A stretch of DNA of 64,000 bases. It comes from Candidatus Udaeobacter sp. (GTDB lineage Bacteria; Verrucomicrobiota; Verrucomicrobiia; Chthoniobacterales; UBA10450). Positions within the stretch are counted from its first letter, which is position 1. The number at the start of each line of letters is the position of its first letter. The position numbers and the translations under genes are program-made. The notes under the pieces are model-generated. The model was not told the origin of the DNA and did no database searches. It worked only from the letters and a program-made list of their open reading frames with translations. The DNA lies in contig DASYDV010000023.1 in assembly GCA_036499375.1 (NCBI GenBank), forward strand, positions 33,075 to 97,074. The letters are read 5' to 3'. This document shows, one piece after another, positions 17,627 to 25,583 of the stretch.

Positions 17627-19024
17627 TTACTCCTTATCTTCGCGTCCGAAGACTACGGTCACGATCAAGCCCAACACGGTGACTACCGCCACCATTCCCA
17701 GGACCGCCGTAACGCCGAATTTTCCTTTTAAAATTGGCAGGACGAAAACTCCAAGGGTCGCGCCGATCTTCGCGAAACCCGCTGCGAAGCCGCTGGCGGT
17801 GCCACGCAACTGCGTCGGAAAAAGGATTGGCGCCAGGGTAAACGTGGTCGCGTTAGGCCCGGCGTTCATTAACAAGTTGAACAGGATGAATCCTGTAAAC
17901 ACCAGCGGAATGTGCAGACCGGAATTCGTTAGGTGAACGGCGATCATAAGTATCAGCATGCCGAGGGTCATGCCTGCAAAACCAATGGCTTGCATCTGGA
18001 TGCGTCCGAATCGTGGGACTGCCCAGATTCCGAGAAGAAAACCGAAGAAAAGAAACAAATCGATTGCCGCAGTTCCTTTGGTATTGGCGAAGTCGCTGGA
18101 GATGACGTCACCTGTGTGGATGGCGGTGGTGATCGCGCCGAGGATAATCGGGGTGAATAGCCCAACACCGTAGGTGGCAATATCCATTAAAAACCATGGA
18201 ACTCCCACCAGCACCGTCCGGGCACGATAAGGACGCGAAAACAGAACCGCGATGCTGGGTGCCTGCGGTTGTGTCGCGGCAGCTGCAAACCTTTTTCTTC
18301 CGGCGTTGCTTGTAAGTTGCAGCACCTCCGCTCGCTGCTGGGGCATAAGCCGGATGAAAGCTTCTGCCGCTTCGGCAAATCTACCGCGAGTCATCAGCCA
18401 ATGCGGACTATCCCGTTCGGATAAACGTAAAAAGAAAAAGAGAACGGCGATGGCGCCTTCGGCTGCGAGGAAAAACCTCCAGTTCTGAGTGCCCTCTGCG
18501 TTTTTCAACAACAGCAGAGTAATCGCTGCTGCGAGCAACATGCCGACCGACTGACAGGCGATCGTGGCGACCATCATTCGCGCGCGACTGCGTTTGGGCA
18601 CCACTTCCGACAGGTAACTGCTGCTCACCGGGAAATCGACGCCGATGCCAACCCCGACAAGCAATTGGCCAGCAAAGAGCATTGCAGGTCCGGTCGCGAG
18701 CGCGCTAGTCGCGGCGCCGGCTGCAATAATTATCATATCTGTAAGCATCAAACGCTTGCGGCCAAGGCGATCCGCTGTAGGGCCGCCAATTCCCGCGCCC
18801 AAAACCGCGCCGAAAACGAGGCCCGCGCCGATCAGACCAACGACGTCTGGTGTGATATGAAACTGCGCGATGATGAGAGGCATCGCCACGCCGAGAGCGA
18901 AAATAGCGAAGCCATCAAGCAACGTGCCACCGGTACAGAGGACCCAAAGCCATCGCTGGAGAGCTTTCAGCGGCGACTCGTCCAACAGCAACGTCAGGCC
19001 TTGGGATGGAGTGACTTCGACCAA
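17627..19024 (-). CDS. MFS transporter (sugar-porter-like)
   Basis: 12-TM profile with GPTADRLGRKR and PKRSRARM loop motifs. The TTG at 19024 sits directly after the PPK2 stop. The longer track ORF (to 19183) overlaps PPK2. Confidence 0.8.
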   Translation of the reverse strand: MVEVTPSQGLTLLLDESPLKALQRWLWVLCTGGTLLDGFAIFALGVAMPLIIAQFHITPDVVGLIGAGLVFGAVLGAGIGGPTADRLGRKRLMLTDMIIIAAGAATSALATGPAMLFAGQLLVGVGIGVDFPVSSSYLSEVVPKRSRARMMVATIACQSVGMLLAAAITLLLLKNAEGTQNWRFFLAAEGAIAVLFFFLRLSERDSPHWLMTRGRFAEAAEAFIRLMPQQRAEVLQLTSNAGRKRFAAAATQPQAPSIAVLFSRPYRARTVLVGVPWFLMDIATYGVGLFTPIILGAITTAIHTGDVISSDFANTKGTAAIDLFLFFGFLLGIWAVPRFGRIQMQAIGFAGMTLGMLILMIAVHLTNSGLHIPLVFTGFILFNLLMNAGPNATTFTLAPILFPTQLRGTASGFAAGFAKIGATLGVFVLPILKGKFGVTAVLGMVAVVTVLGLIVTVVFGREDKE

Positions 19025-19026
19025 TG

Positions 19027-19890
19027 CTACTTTTTCTTGATCTTGCCCGATTTCTCCTCGTCGATCGCCTGATGGTATTTGCGGCGAATTTCCGCCAGAT
19101 TTACGGTCGGTTTTGGCAATTGCATTTTCATTTCTTCCATCGCGCGGGTGATGATCTGGGAGATGGACAAATCGCGAAACCACTTGTGGTTCGAAGGAAC
19201 GATGAACCAGGGAGCGTGCTCAGTGCTCGTTTTACTGAGCACATCTTCGAACGCCGCGATGTAATCCTTCCAGTAGTCGCGCTCCTTATAGTCGGATTCG
19301 CTGATCTTCCACTGGCGCGTCGGGTCATCGAGTCGCTTCGCGAACCGCGCGAGCTGTTCCTGGTTTGAAATGTGCAGGAAAAATTTGAGGATCGTGGTGT
19401 TGTTTTCAGTAACGATGAGCTTCTCAAAATCGTTTATCTGATCGTACCGTTTCGACCAGACTTTTTCCGGCACCAGACCGTGCACCCTCACCACCAGCAC
19501 ATCTTCGTAGTGAGATCGGTTAAAGATTGCGACTGAACCTTTGGCCGGCACATGCGGATGCACGCGCCAGAGAAAATCATGCGCCAGCTCCTTTGCTGTC
19601 GGTTGCTTGAAGTTGGATGCAACACATCCAGAGGGATTCATCCCACTCAAAACGTGGCGAACCACGCCGTCTTTGCCGGCGGCATCCAGTCCCTGCAAAA
19701 CGATGAGAAGAGAGTGCTTGTTCTCGGCATACATCAGATACTGCAGTTGCTCCATTTTCTGCAGATTCTTCTGAATCTCTGGCAAAGCTGATTTATGTGA
19801 TTCGTGCTTTCCATGATAGCTCGGATCGAAATGTTTCAGCCGGATCTTGGAGCCCGGTTTTACGATCAATTTTTTCATGTGATTCGACAT
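19027..19890 (-). CDS. ppk2: polyphosphate kinase 2 (PPK2) family protein
   Basis: ATG at 19890 preceded by GGAGGAG. Contains LLIVLQGLDAAGKDGVVRHV (P-loop), FNRSHYEDV and a PPK2 lid region. Confidence 0.85.
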   Translation of the reverse strand: MSNHMKKLIVKPGSKIRLKHFDPSYHGKHESHKSALPEIQKNLQKMEQLQYLMYAENKHSLLIVLQGLDAAGKDGVVRHVLSGMNPSGCVASNFKQPTAKELAHDFLWRVHPHVPAKGSVAIFNRSHYEDVLVVRVHGLVPEKVWSKRYDQINDFEKLIVTENNTTILKFFLHISNQEQLARFAKRLDDPTRQWKISESDYKERDYWKDYIAAFEDVLSKTSTEHAPWFIVPSNHKWFRDLSISQIITRAMEEMKMQLPKPTVNLAEIRRKYHQAIDEEKSGKIKKK

Positions 19891-19906
19891 GGTTACTCCT
19901 CCAGGT

Positions 19907-22474
19907 TTATCGTGGTGTCTCTGGCTGGCCTGTGGAGGAAACACGCAGTGGCTGGAAGAGCGATCTTCGCCACGAACGGTCAGGATCGAGAATTCCATAA
20001 AGTCCCAGCTTCACCACATCCTGCACGATCATCCACGCCAGATTATAAACCCACACAAAGCCGATGATTCCCCACGGTAGCGCGGGCACCAGCCAGCCTT
20101 GGCTGCACATGAACACCGCTGCGATTTGGGTCGCGACAATGGCGAAGAAAAGCCTCGCGCTGGGATATGGCGGCTTCCACAACGTGCCTCTTGTGCGCGT
20201 CACAAATAACATGAGATGACCGCCGGCAACGAGTTGCAGAAACATCATTGTTTGCAGCTGGGGATTATCCAGATGATGAACGGTGTCGCCGAGATAAAGC
20301 AGGCCGAAACTTTGAATAACGCCGAGCAATCCCAGCACTGATGAAATCACCAGCACCTTGTCCAATTCCCATTTCACCGGCTGCGGCGGCACGGTGGCGT
20401 TGTCGAACGCGATAGTCATGATTGGAACATCATCGAGAAGCGCGAGCGCGATCAACATGATCGCTGTGAGCGGAAAGAAATGATAATAAATCGAGGCCAG
20501 CACCACAAACACCATGATGGCGATCGTCATGGCAATTCGATACAACACGTAGCTCGTCATCCGCTCAAAGATCCGCCTCGCCTCCGCAATCCCCTCGATG
20601 ATCACTGATAAACCGGGTGCGGTCAGGACCAGAGCTGCCGCTGCCCGCGCCGCTTCCGTCGCGCCGGAAACGGCAATGCCCACGTCGGCCTGTTTCAGCG
20701 CGGGCGCATCGTTCACACCGTCACCGGTCATGCCGACGATGTGTCCGTTCTGCTGCAATATTTTTACAATGGCATATTTGTGTTCGGGAAAAACCTGGGC
20801 AAAACCATCCGCCGCGTCGATCTTCTCCGCAGCATTCAGGGAAATTTGCCCTTTTGTTACGTCGCCGGGGAAAAGTTCCGTTGCCGGCTGGATGTTTGTC
20901 CCCATGTCCAGTTCCGATGCAATTTGGCGGGCGATAGCGACGTTGTCGCCGGTAACCATTTTCACTTTCACCCCATAGGCGCGAGCACGTTCAATCGTGC
21001 TCTTCGAATCGGGGCGCGGCGGATCCAGTAGCGGCAGAATTCCCAGGAACGTCCAATCGTCACTGCCGTGAGCAACAGCGACACCGATGGTGCGGTAACC
21101 CCGACTGGCGAGACTGTCCACGGTCTGCTGCGCTTTCTCCAAATCGGCGCCCGCAAGTTTCGTCAACGCCAGAATTACTTGTGGCGCACCTTTGCTAACG
21201 CGAAAGACTTGGCCGGATGCATCCTTAACTGTCGCCTCCGTACGTTTACGCACCGGATCGAACGGAACATACGCTTCCTGCTGATAACTCTTGAGGACTG
21301 ATTGGTCTCTAAGGCCAGCCAATATGGCAAGATCGATCGGATCGTTATCGGCTGCGCGCGAGGCCAGCGATGCCATCAAAATCAATGTGTTCGCATCAGT
21401 TCCAGTCCAGGGTTGTGCTTCGCCCAGGGTCAGCTTGTTCTCGGTCAACGTGCCGGTCTTATCGGAACAGAGCACATCGACGCCTGCCAATTCCTCGATC
21501 GCTTCCAAGCGGGAAACGATTGCCTTGCGCTTTGCCAGCATGCGGGCACCCAGGGCCATGGTCACCGACAGAACAGCCGGCATCGCTACAGGCACCGATG
21601 CCACCAGAAGAATGAGGACAATTTCGGCCAACCTTAAAAGCACAGCCCGATCGTAATGGCCACGCATATCGAAAAGGCGAGCAGCCACCAGGATCACCAC
21701 TAATACCAGTGCCAGAATGATCAGAAAGTTGCCGATCCGCATCACAGCTCGCTGAAAATGCGAAACGCTTCCCGCGCTGGCGACCAGCTTTGCCGTACGT
21801 CCAAAAAACGTGTTCGCGCCGGTGTCAGTAATTACAGCCGTCATTTCTCCCTGCTTAACGACCGAGCCTGAGTACGCTTCTTCGCCCGATTTCTTGCTGA
21901 CTGGCAGCGATTCTCCGGTAAGCGCGGATTGGTCGATGCTGATGTAATCGCCCGCGATGAGCTTGCAATCAGCGGGAACGACGTCGCCGAGATATAACCG
22001 GACAATGTCTCCGGGCACTAGCGTTCTGGCATCGATCTGCTCCCATTTTCCATTGCGCAGTGCGCGCGCTTTTAATGCCAGCGAACTCTTTAACGCCTCG
22101 AGCGCATTGGAAGCTTCATGTTCCTCCCAGAAGCCGAGCACCGCATTGAACAAAAGAAGGGAGGTGATGATCGCGAAATCGCCCCAGTCGCCCACCACGA
22201 AGGCCATCAAAGCCGCGGCCTCGATCATCCACGGGATCGGCCCCCAGAAATAACCGAGCAGCTCGCCAAATGCGCTCTTCTCTTTTTCCACGAGCGCATT
22301 TGGCCCGTACCTCTTCAAACGCTCTTGGAGCTCAGCGTCAGTTAAACCGGCCTTGGGATCAGCTCCCAAATTCGTCAGCGTTTCAGCGATCGTTTGGCTT
22401 GCGGTCCCAATGACGTCCGATGCTTGCATGAATTCCCGCCGCGGCAGGTCAACAGTGATAACTTTCCGCAGCAT
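19907..22474 (-). CDS. P-type ATPase, type IIIA plasma-membrane H+-ATPase-like
   Basis: 855 aa. Contains ALTGESLPVSK, CSDKTGTLT, MVTGDNVAIA and MTGDGVNDAPALKQADVGIAV. The N-terminal region (LKRYGPNALVEKEKS...FWGPIPWMIE) resembles fungal and plant PMA/AHA pumps. Confidence 0.85.
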   Translation of the reverse strand: MLRKVITVDLPRREFMQASDVIGTASQTIAETLTNLGADPKAGLTDAELQERLKRYGPNALVEKEKSAFGELLGYFWGPIPWMIEAAALMAFVVGDWGDFAIITSLLLFNAVLGFWEEHEASNALEALKSSLALKARALRNGKWEQIDARTLVPGDIVRLYLGDVVPADCKLIAGDYISIDQSALTGESLPVSKKSGEEAYSGSVVKQGEMTAVITDTGANTFFGRTAKLVASAGSVSHFQRAVMRIGNFLIILALVLVVILVAARLFDMRGHYDRAVLLRLAEIVLILLVASVPVAMPAVLSVTMALGARMLAKRKAIVSRLEAIEELAGVDVLCSDKTGTLTENKLTLGEAQPWTGTDANTLILMASLASRAADNDPIDLAILAGLRDQSVLKSYQQEAYVPFDPVRKRTEATVKDASGQVFRVSKGAPQVILALTKLAGADLEKAQQTVDSLASRGYRTIGVAVAHGSDDWTFLGILPLLDPPRPDSKSTIERARAYGVKVKMVTGDNVAIARQIASELDMGTNIQPATELFPGDVTKGQISLNAAEKIDAADGFAQVFPEHKYAIVKILQQNGHIVGMTGDGVNDAPALKQADVGIAVSGATEAARAAAALVLTAPGLSVIIEGIAEARRIFERMTSYVLYRIAMTIAIMVFVVLASIYYHFFPLTAIMLIALALLDDVPIMTIAFDNATVPPQPVKWELDKVLVISSVLGLLGVIQSFGLLYLGDTVHHLDNPQLQTMMFLQLVAGGHLMLFVTRTRGTLWKPPYPSARLFFAIVATQIAAVFMCSQGWLVPALPWGIIGFVWVYNLAWMIVQDVVKLGLYGILDPDRSWRRSLFQPLRVSSTGQPETPR

Positions 22475-22602
22475 TCAAGACCAGAAAAATTTTCGTTCCG
22501 CAGTTGTAGCCGGCATCGATGATGCCGGCCAGATCGAACAATGGTTCGAGGCTCCAAATAAAAACACCGCCGCGACTGTCGTCTCGCGCGAACAAATTGT
22601 GT

Positions 22603-22836
22603 ATGCCTGTATGCGAAGTTTGCGAGAACGATTATGACAAGGCGTTTAACGTCGTGGTTGCTGGGAAGCATCACACGTTTGATAGCTTCGAGTGCGCGAT
22701 CCACGCGCTGGCGCCTGCCTGCCCGCACTGCAACTGTCGGATTGTTGGCCACGGTGTCGAAGCGGATGGACAAATTTTCTGTTGCGTCCACTGCGCGCGT
22801 ACGGCTGGCAAAACGCAGTTAAAAGACCGCGCCTGA
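22603..22836 (+). CDS. small Cys/His-rich putative metal-binding protein
   Basis: 77 aa from the ATG at 22603: MPVCEVCENDYDKAF...FDSFECAIHALAPACPHCNCRIVGHGVEADGQIFCCVHCA. Ten Cys are arranged as CxxC-type pairs. Confidence 0.45.
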   Translation: MPVCEVCENDYDKAFNVVVAGKHHTFDSFECAIHALAPACPHCNCRIVGHGVEADGQIFCCVHCARTAGKTQLKDRA

Positions 22837-22877
22837 GAAGCTGTCGAAGCCCGCGCGCTCGAGACGGCTGTAGCGTC

Positions 22878-22934
22878 CGCTGTCCTCAGCGGAGATCCCA
22901 ACGGTCCGCCACGTCCCATGCGCTGAGGACAGCG
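22878..22934. repeat. 14-bp perfect-stem hairpin (cgctgtcctcagcg / cgctgaggacagcg)
   Basis: Read directly from the sequence. 29-nt loop. Lies in the intergenic region between the Cys-rich gene and sodC. Confidence 0.6.
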
Positions 22935-23029
22935 CACACCACAACGCGCGCTGTGGACGCCTTAACCAAAACTGGAGATCACTTTGATGCGGCTGGAGTA
23001 AGTGCGAATTGCGAAATAGAGATGTCCAT

Positions 23030-23581
23030 ATGAATTCTCTTCGAGCTTCGTTCATCGGTCTGACGGTTCTTTTGGTGGCAGGTTCAATCGCGCTGGCGCA
23101 AACACCTGTTGCAAAATCGGCGGAGTCAGCAAAAGGGATTGCGGTGCTTCATCCCACCGCGGGCAACAAAGTGAGCGGCACCGTCACATTCACGCCAGTC
23201 GCCGATGGCGTGCGGGTGCACGCAGAGATCACAGGCCTTACACCTGGAAAGCACGGCTTTCACGTCCATGAATTTGGCGATTGCAGCGCGGCCGATGCCA
23301 GTTCCGCCGGCGGCCATTTTAATCCCACCCATAAACCGCACGGCGGTCCGGAAGCAGCCGAACGGCATGTGGGCGACATGGGAAATGTGGAAGCTGACGC
23401 TTCCGGCAAGGCGAAGTTGGATTATGTGGACCATCATATGTCGCTGACGAATGAGCAGACATCGGTGATCGGGCGCGCGGTCATAGTCCATGCAAAAGCG
23501 GATGATTTGAAGTCTCAGCCATCCGGCGATGCAGGTGCGCGCATTGCCTGCGGCGTCATCGGCTGGGCAAAAACCCCGTGA
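23030..23581 (+). CDS. sodC: periplasmic Cu,Zn superoxide dismutase
   Basis: Signal peptide MNSLRASFIGLTVLLVAGSIALAQ, then GFHVHEFGDCS, GGHFNP, HVGDMGN and ARIACGVIG. Confidence 0.9.
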   Translation: MNSLRASFIGLTVLLVAGSIALAQTPVAKSAESAKGIAVLHPTAGNKVSGTVTFTPVADGVRVHAEITGLTPGKHGFHVHEFGDCSAADASSAGGHFNPTHKPHGGPEAAERHVGDMGNVEADASGKAKLDYVDHHMSLTNEQTSVIGRAVIVHAKADDLKSQPSGDAGARIACGVIGWAKTP

Positions 23582-23586
23582 CGTTT

Positions 23587-23653
23587 GGAGTTCCGCCTTC
23601 AGGCGGCCGAATGTGTGCGAGCGCGAAGGCCTGCCGCGTAAACGCGGAACTCC
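23587..23653. repeat. REP-like hairpin (ggagttccgc ... gcggaactcc), 'RLKAELQ' family
   Basis: 10-bp stem enclosing 47 nt, directly after the sodC stop. A related agttccgcc..ggcgg motif occurs at 55548-55585. Confidence 0.55.
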
Positions 23654-23727
23654 GAACATCAATCTCTGTGCTAGACAGAGCAGATTTCATCTGATCAAAT
23701 TACTCAAAACCATCGCCCTGCACGCTT

Positions 23728-24126
23728 ATGCCACGATTATCTAAAATTGAACTGTCGCCCGATAACGGGTGCGTCATCGACATGAAATGGAGCCTGGGGC
23801 CGTTGAGCTATCACTCTTCCGGCGCCGGCAAGGTCACAGTGGAACCGAACAAGGAAATTATTCGGTTGCCCGAACTGGTTCTTTACGATCACGTCGGTTT
23901 TAAAGGCTCCTACGCCCGCACGAACTTGAGTTTCCACTACGTCGGCGATTACTGGAACGACCGGATGAGCTGCGTGATCGTAGAGAGCGGCGTATGGCGA
24001 TTTTATCGTGACGATTATTATAAGGGCCCGTATTGGGATCTCGGCCCCGGTTATTACGAGAGCTTCTTCGCCGAGAAAGGTCCCGACGACGTCGTCAGCT
24101 CATTTCAGTGCATTGCGCTGACGTAG
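23728..24126 (+). CDS. single-domain beta/gamma-crystallin-like protein
   Basis: Two Greek-key signatures: YDHVGFKG...NDRMSCVIV and YRDDYYKG...DDVVSSFQCI (pattern Y/FxxxxY/FxG ... S). No signal peptide is seen. Confidence 0.55.
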   Translation: MPRLSKIELSPDNGCVIDMKWSLGPLSYHSSGAGKVTVEPNKEIIRLPELVLYDHVGFKGSYARTNLSFHYVGDYWNDRMSCVIVESGVWRFYRDDYYKGPYWDLGPGYYESFFAEKGPDDVVSSFQCIALT

Positions 24127-24279
24127 GGTAGCGTACGCGTCTCGCGTGCTGGCGAAGCCGTCTCGGGTTCGCGAACTTTTATTCTGTCGATTTCTGTGCG
24201 GAAGGACAGCGCACTTCCACGCAGCGCAACTTTGAGGAAAGATGGTTTCGGCGCGACGCCGAAACCAACACGCCAGAGG

Positions 24280-24482
24280 CACGTTCTAAGGACATTGCTG
24301 ACACTCTCTAACGGTGCGTGCCCGTCGCTTTCCCCCCTAGAGGAAGGCATTTTTGATTTGGCGAGACCCCTTAATTCCAGAGGGAAAAGAGGGGTCGCGC
24401 CAAAGCAAAAATGCCGGGGAGTACATGCGCCAATTGCGACACCTTTCAGAGGGAAAAGTGTCAACAATGTCCTTAGAACGTG
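24280..24482. repeat. about 200-bp long-palindrome MITE-like element
   Basis: The outer arms cacgttctaaggacattgctgacact (24280-24305) and agtgtcaacaatgtccttagaacgtg (24457-24482) are reverse complements at 25 of 26 positions. Nested inner arms lie at about 24347-24371 and 24391-24415. Confidence 0.6.
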
Positions 24483-24495
24483 CCAGACGCGTGCG

Positions 24496-25458
24496 CTACC
24501 GGGCATTGGCGGCGCACGCCGCGAGATCAGCAACTTCCCCGGCGCAGCCGCAGGAAAGAGTGAAGCCGGCGCCGCCGTGGCCGTAATTGTGAATGACGGC
24601 GCGGCCATCGCGCAGGCGATCGCGTTCGAGGCGCACGCCTGATCTTCGGAACGGGCGCAGGCCAACGCGCTCGGCAAGCACGCGCGGCTCATCGATGTTC
24701 AGCACTCGGCAGCACTCGGCGACAATTCGCGATGTTGTCCCGGAATCAGCCGCAAGAATGTCGCTGAGTTCGTTTGTTCCACCGAAGACGCAATCGTTCG
24801 TCCGGGGAATGGCGTACATTAATGGCGCATCATCACAGACTACTGCGCAGGAAAGACCGTCGATTCTTGGGACGATTGCCACCTGACCGCGATGCGGCTC
24901 GAGATCGGCATCCTGCACGAGTTCACGCGCGCCAATTCCTGCGCAGTTGATGACGAGATCGAATTCGCGATCGATATCTTCGAGTTTTTCGAACCGGACG
25001 CTCGCATGGATTTCGCCGCCAGCCTCCAGAAAACGCGCGACGAGATAATCGAGATAAATCGTTGTGTCCGTGAGCGGAACGGTGATTGCATAGCCGCTCG
25101 TAAATCCACGGGATTCCTCGACTTCGCTGGGAATGACGGAGTCCCCGAGTGGGATCGCCCAATCGGGAATTTGAATTTCGCCGCTCCGCGAAAATTGGCG
25201 CAGTTCGATCATTGAGACGCCGGTCGCGGGCGTACGCGCAAGATCGGCGAGCAGGTGGTAGGTCGCGAGCGCCCAGGGGATGACCTTCTCGGCTGGCTCG
25301 ACATGGTATGGAAACCAAACGGCCGCCGCGGCACCGGACGTCGTTTGTTGTCCAGTCTCTTTCGCGAAGATCGCCGTCTGATATCCGCGCTCAGCGAAAA
25401 CAACGGCACAGGTCAGGCCGGAGACGCCAGCGCCGATGACCGCGACACTTCGATCCAT
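24496..25458 (-). CDS. FAD-dependent D-amino-acid oxidase family protein
   Basis: VAVIGAGVSGLTCA (dinucleotide fold) and C-terminal VIHNYGHGGAGFTLSCGCAGEV, typical of DAAO-type enzymes. Confidence 0.8.
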   Translation of the reverse strand: MDRSVAVIGAGVSGLTCAVVFAERGYQTAIFAKETGQQTTSGAAAAVWFPYHVEPAEKVIPWALATYHLLADLARTPATGVSMIELRQFSRSGEIQIPDWAIPLGDSVIPSEVEESRGFTSGYAITVPLTDTTIYLDYLVARFLEAGGEIHASVRFEKLEDIDREFDLVINCAGIGARELVQDADLEPHRGQVAIVPRIDGLSCAVVCDDAPLMYAIPRTNDCVFGGTNELSDILAADSGTTSRIVAECCRVLNIDEPRVLAERVGLRPFRRSGVRLERDRLRDGRAVIHNYGHGGAGFTLSCGCAGEVADLAACAANAR

Positions 25459-25465
25459 TCCAAAT

Positions 25466-25535
25466 GGTAGGGACGGATCACCGAGCCGTCCGCAAAATTC
25501 TTTTAAGCGCGGCGCGCCGGCGGTCGCGCCCTACC
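25466..25535. repeat. REP pair of the GGTAGGGCGCG family (inverted dimer)
   Basis: ggtagggacggatcaccgagccgtccgc and the reverse complement of gcgcggcgcgccggcggtcgcgccctacc face each other across an AT-rich spacer. Single copies occur at 27567-27596 and 47550-47593. Confidence 0.6.
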
Positions 25536-25583
25536 GCGAATGAACGTGCCAAATCCGCAAGTAGCGTCTAAGATTGATTCGCA

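Noticed and set aside
24105-24692. 195-aa minus-strand ORF spanning the palindrome-rich gap.
   Set aside because: It reads through the MITE-like palindromes and overlaps the 3' end of the oxidase gene in another frame. The product is low-complexity and Ala/Arg-rich.
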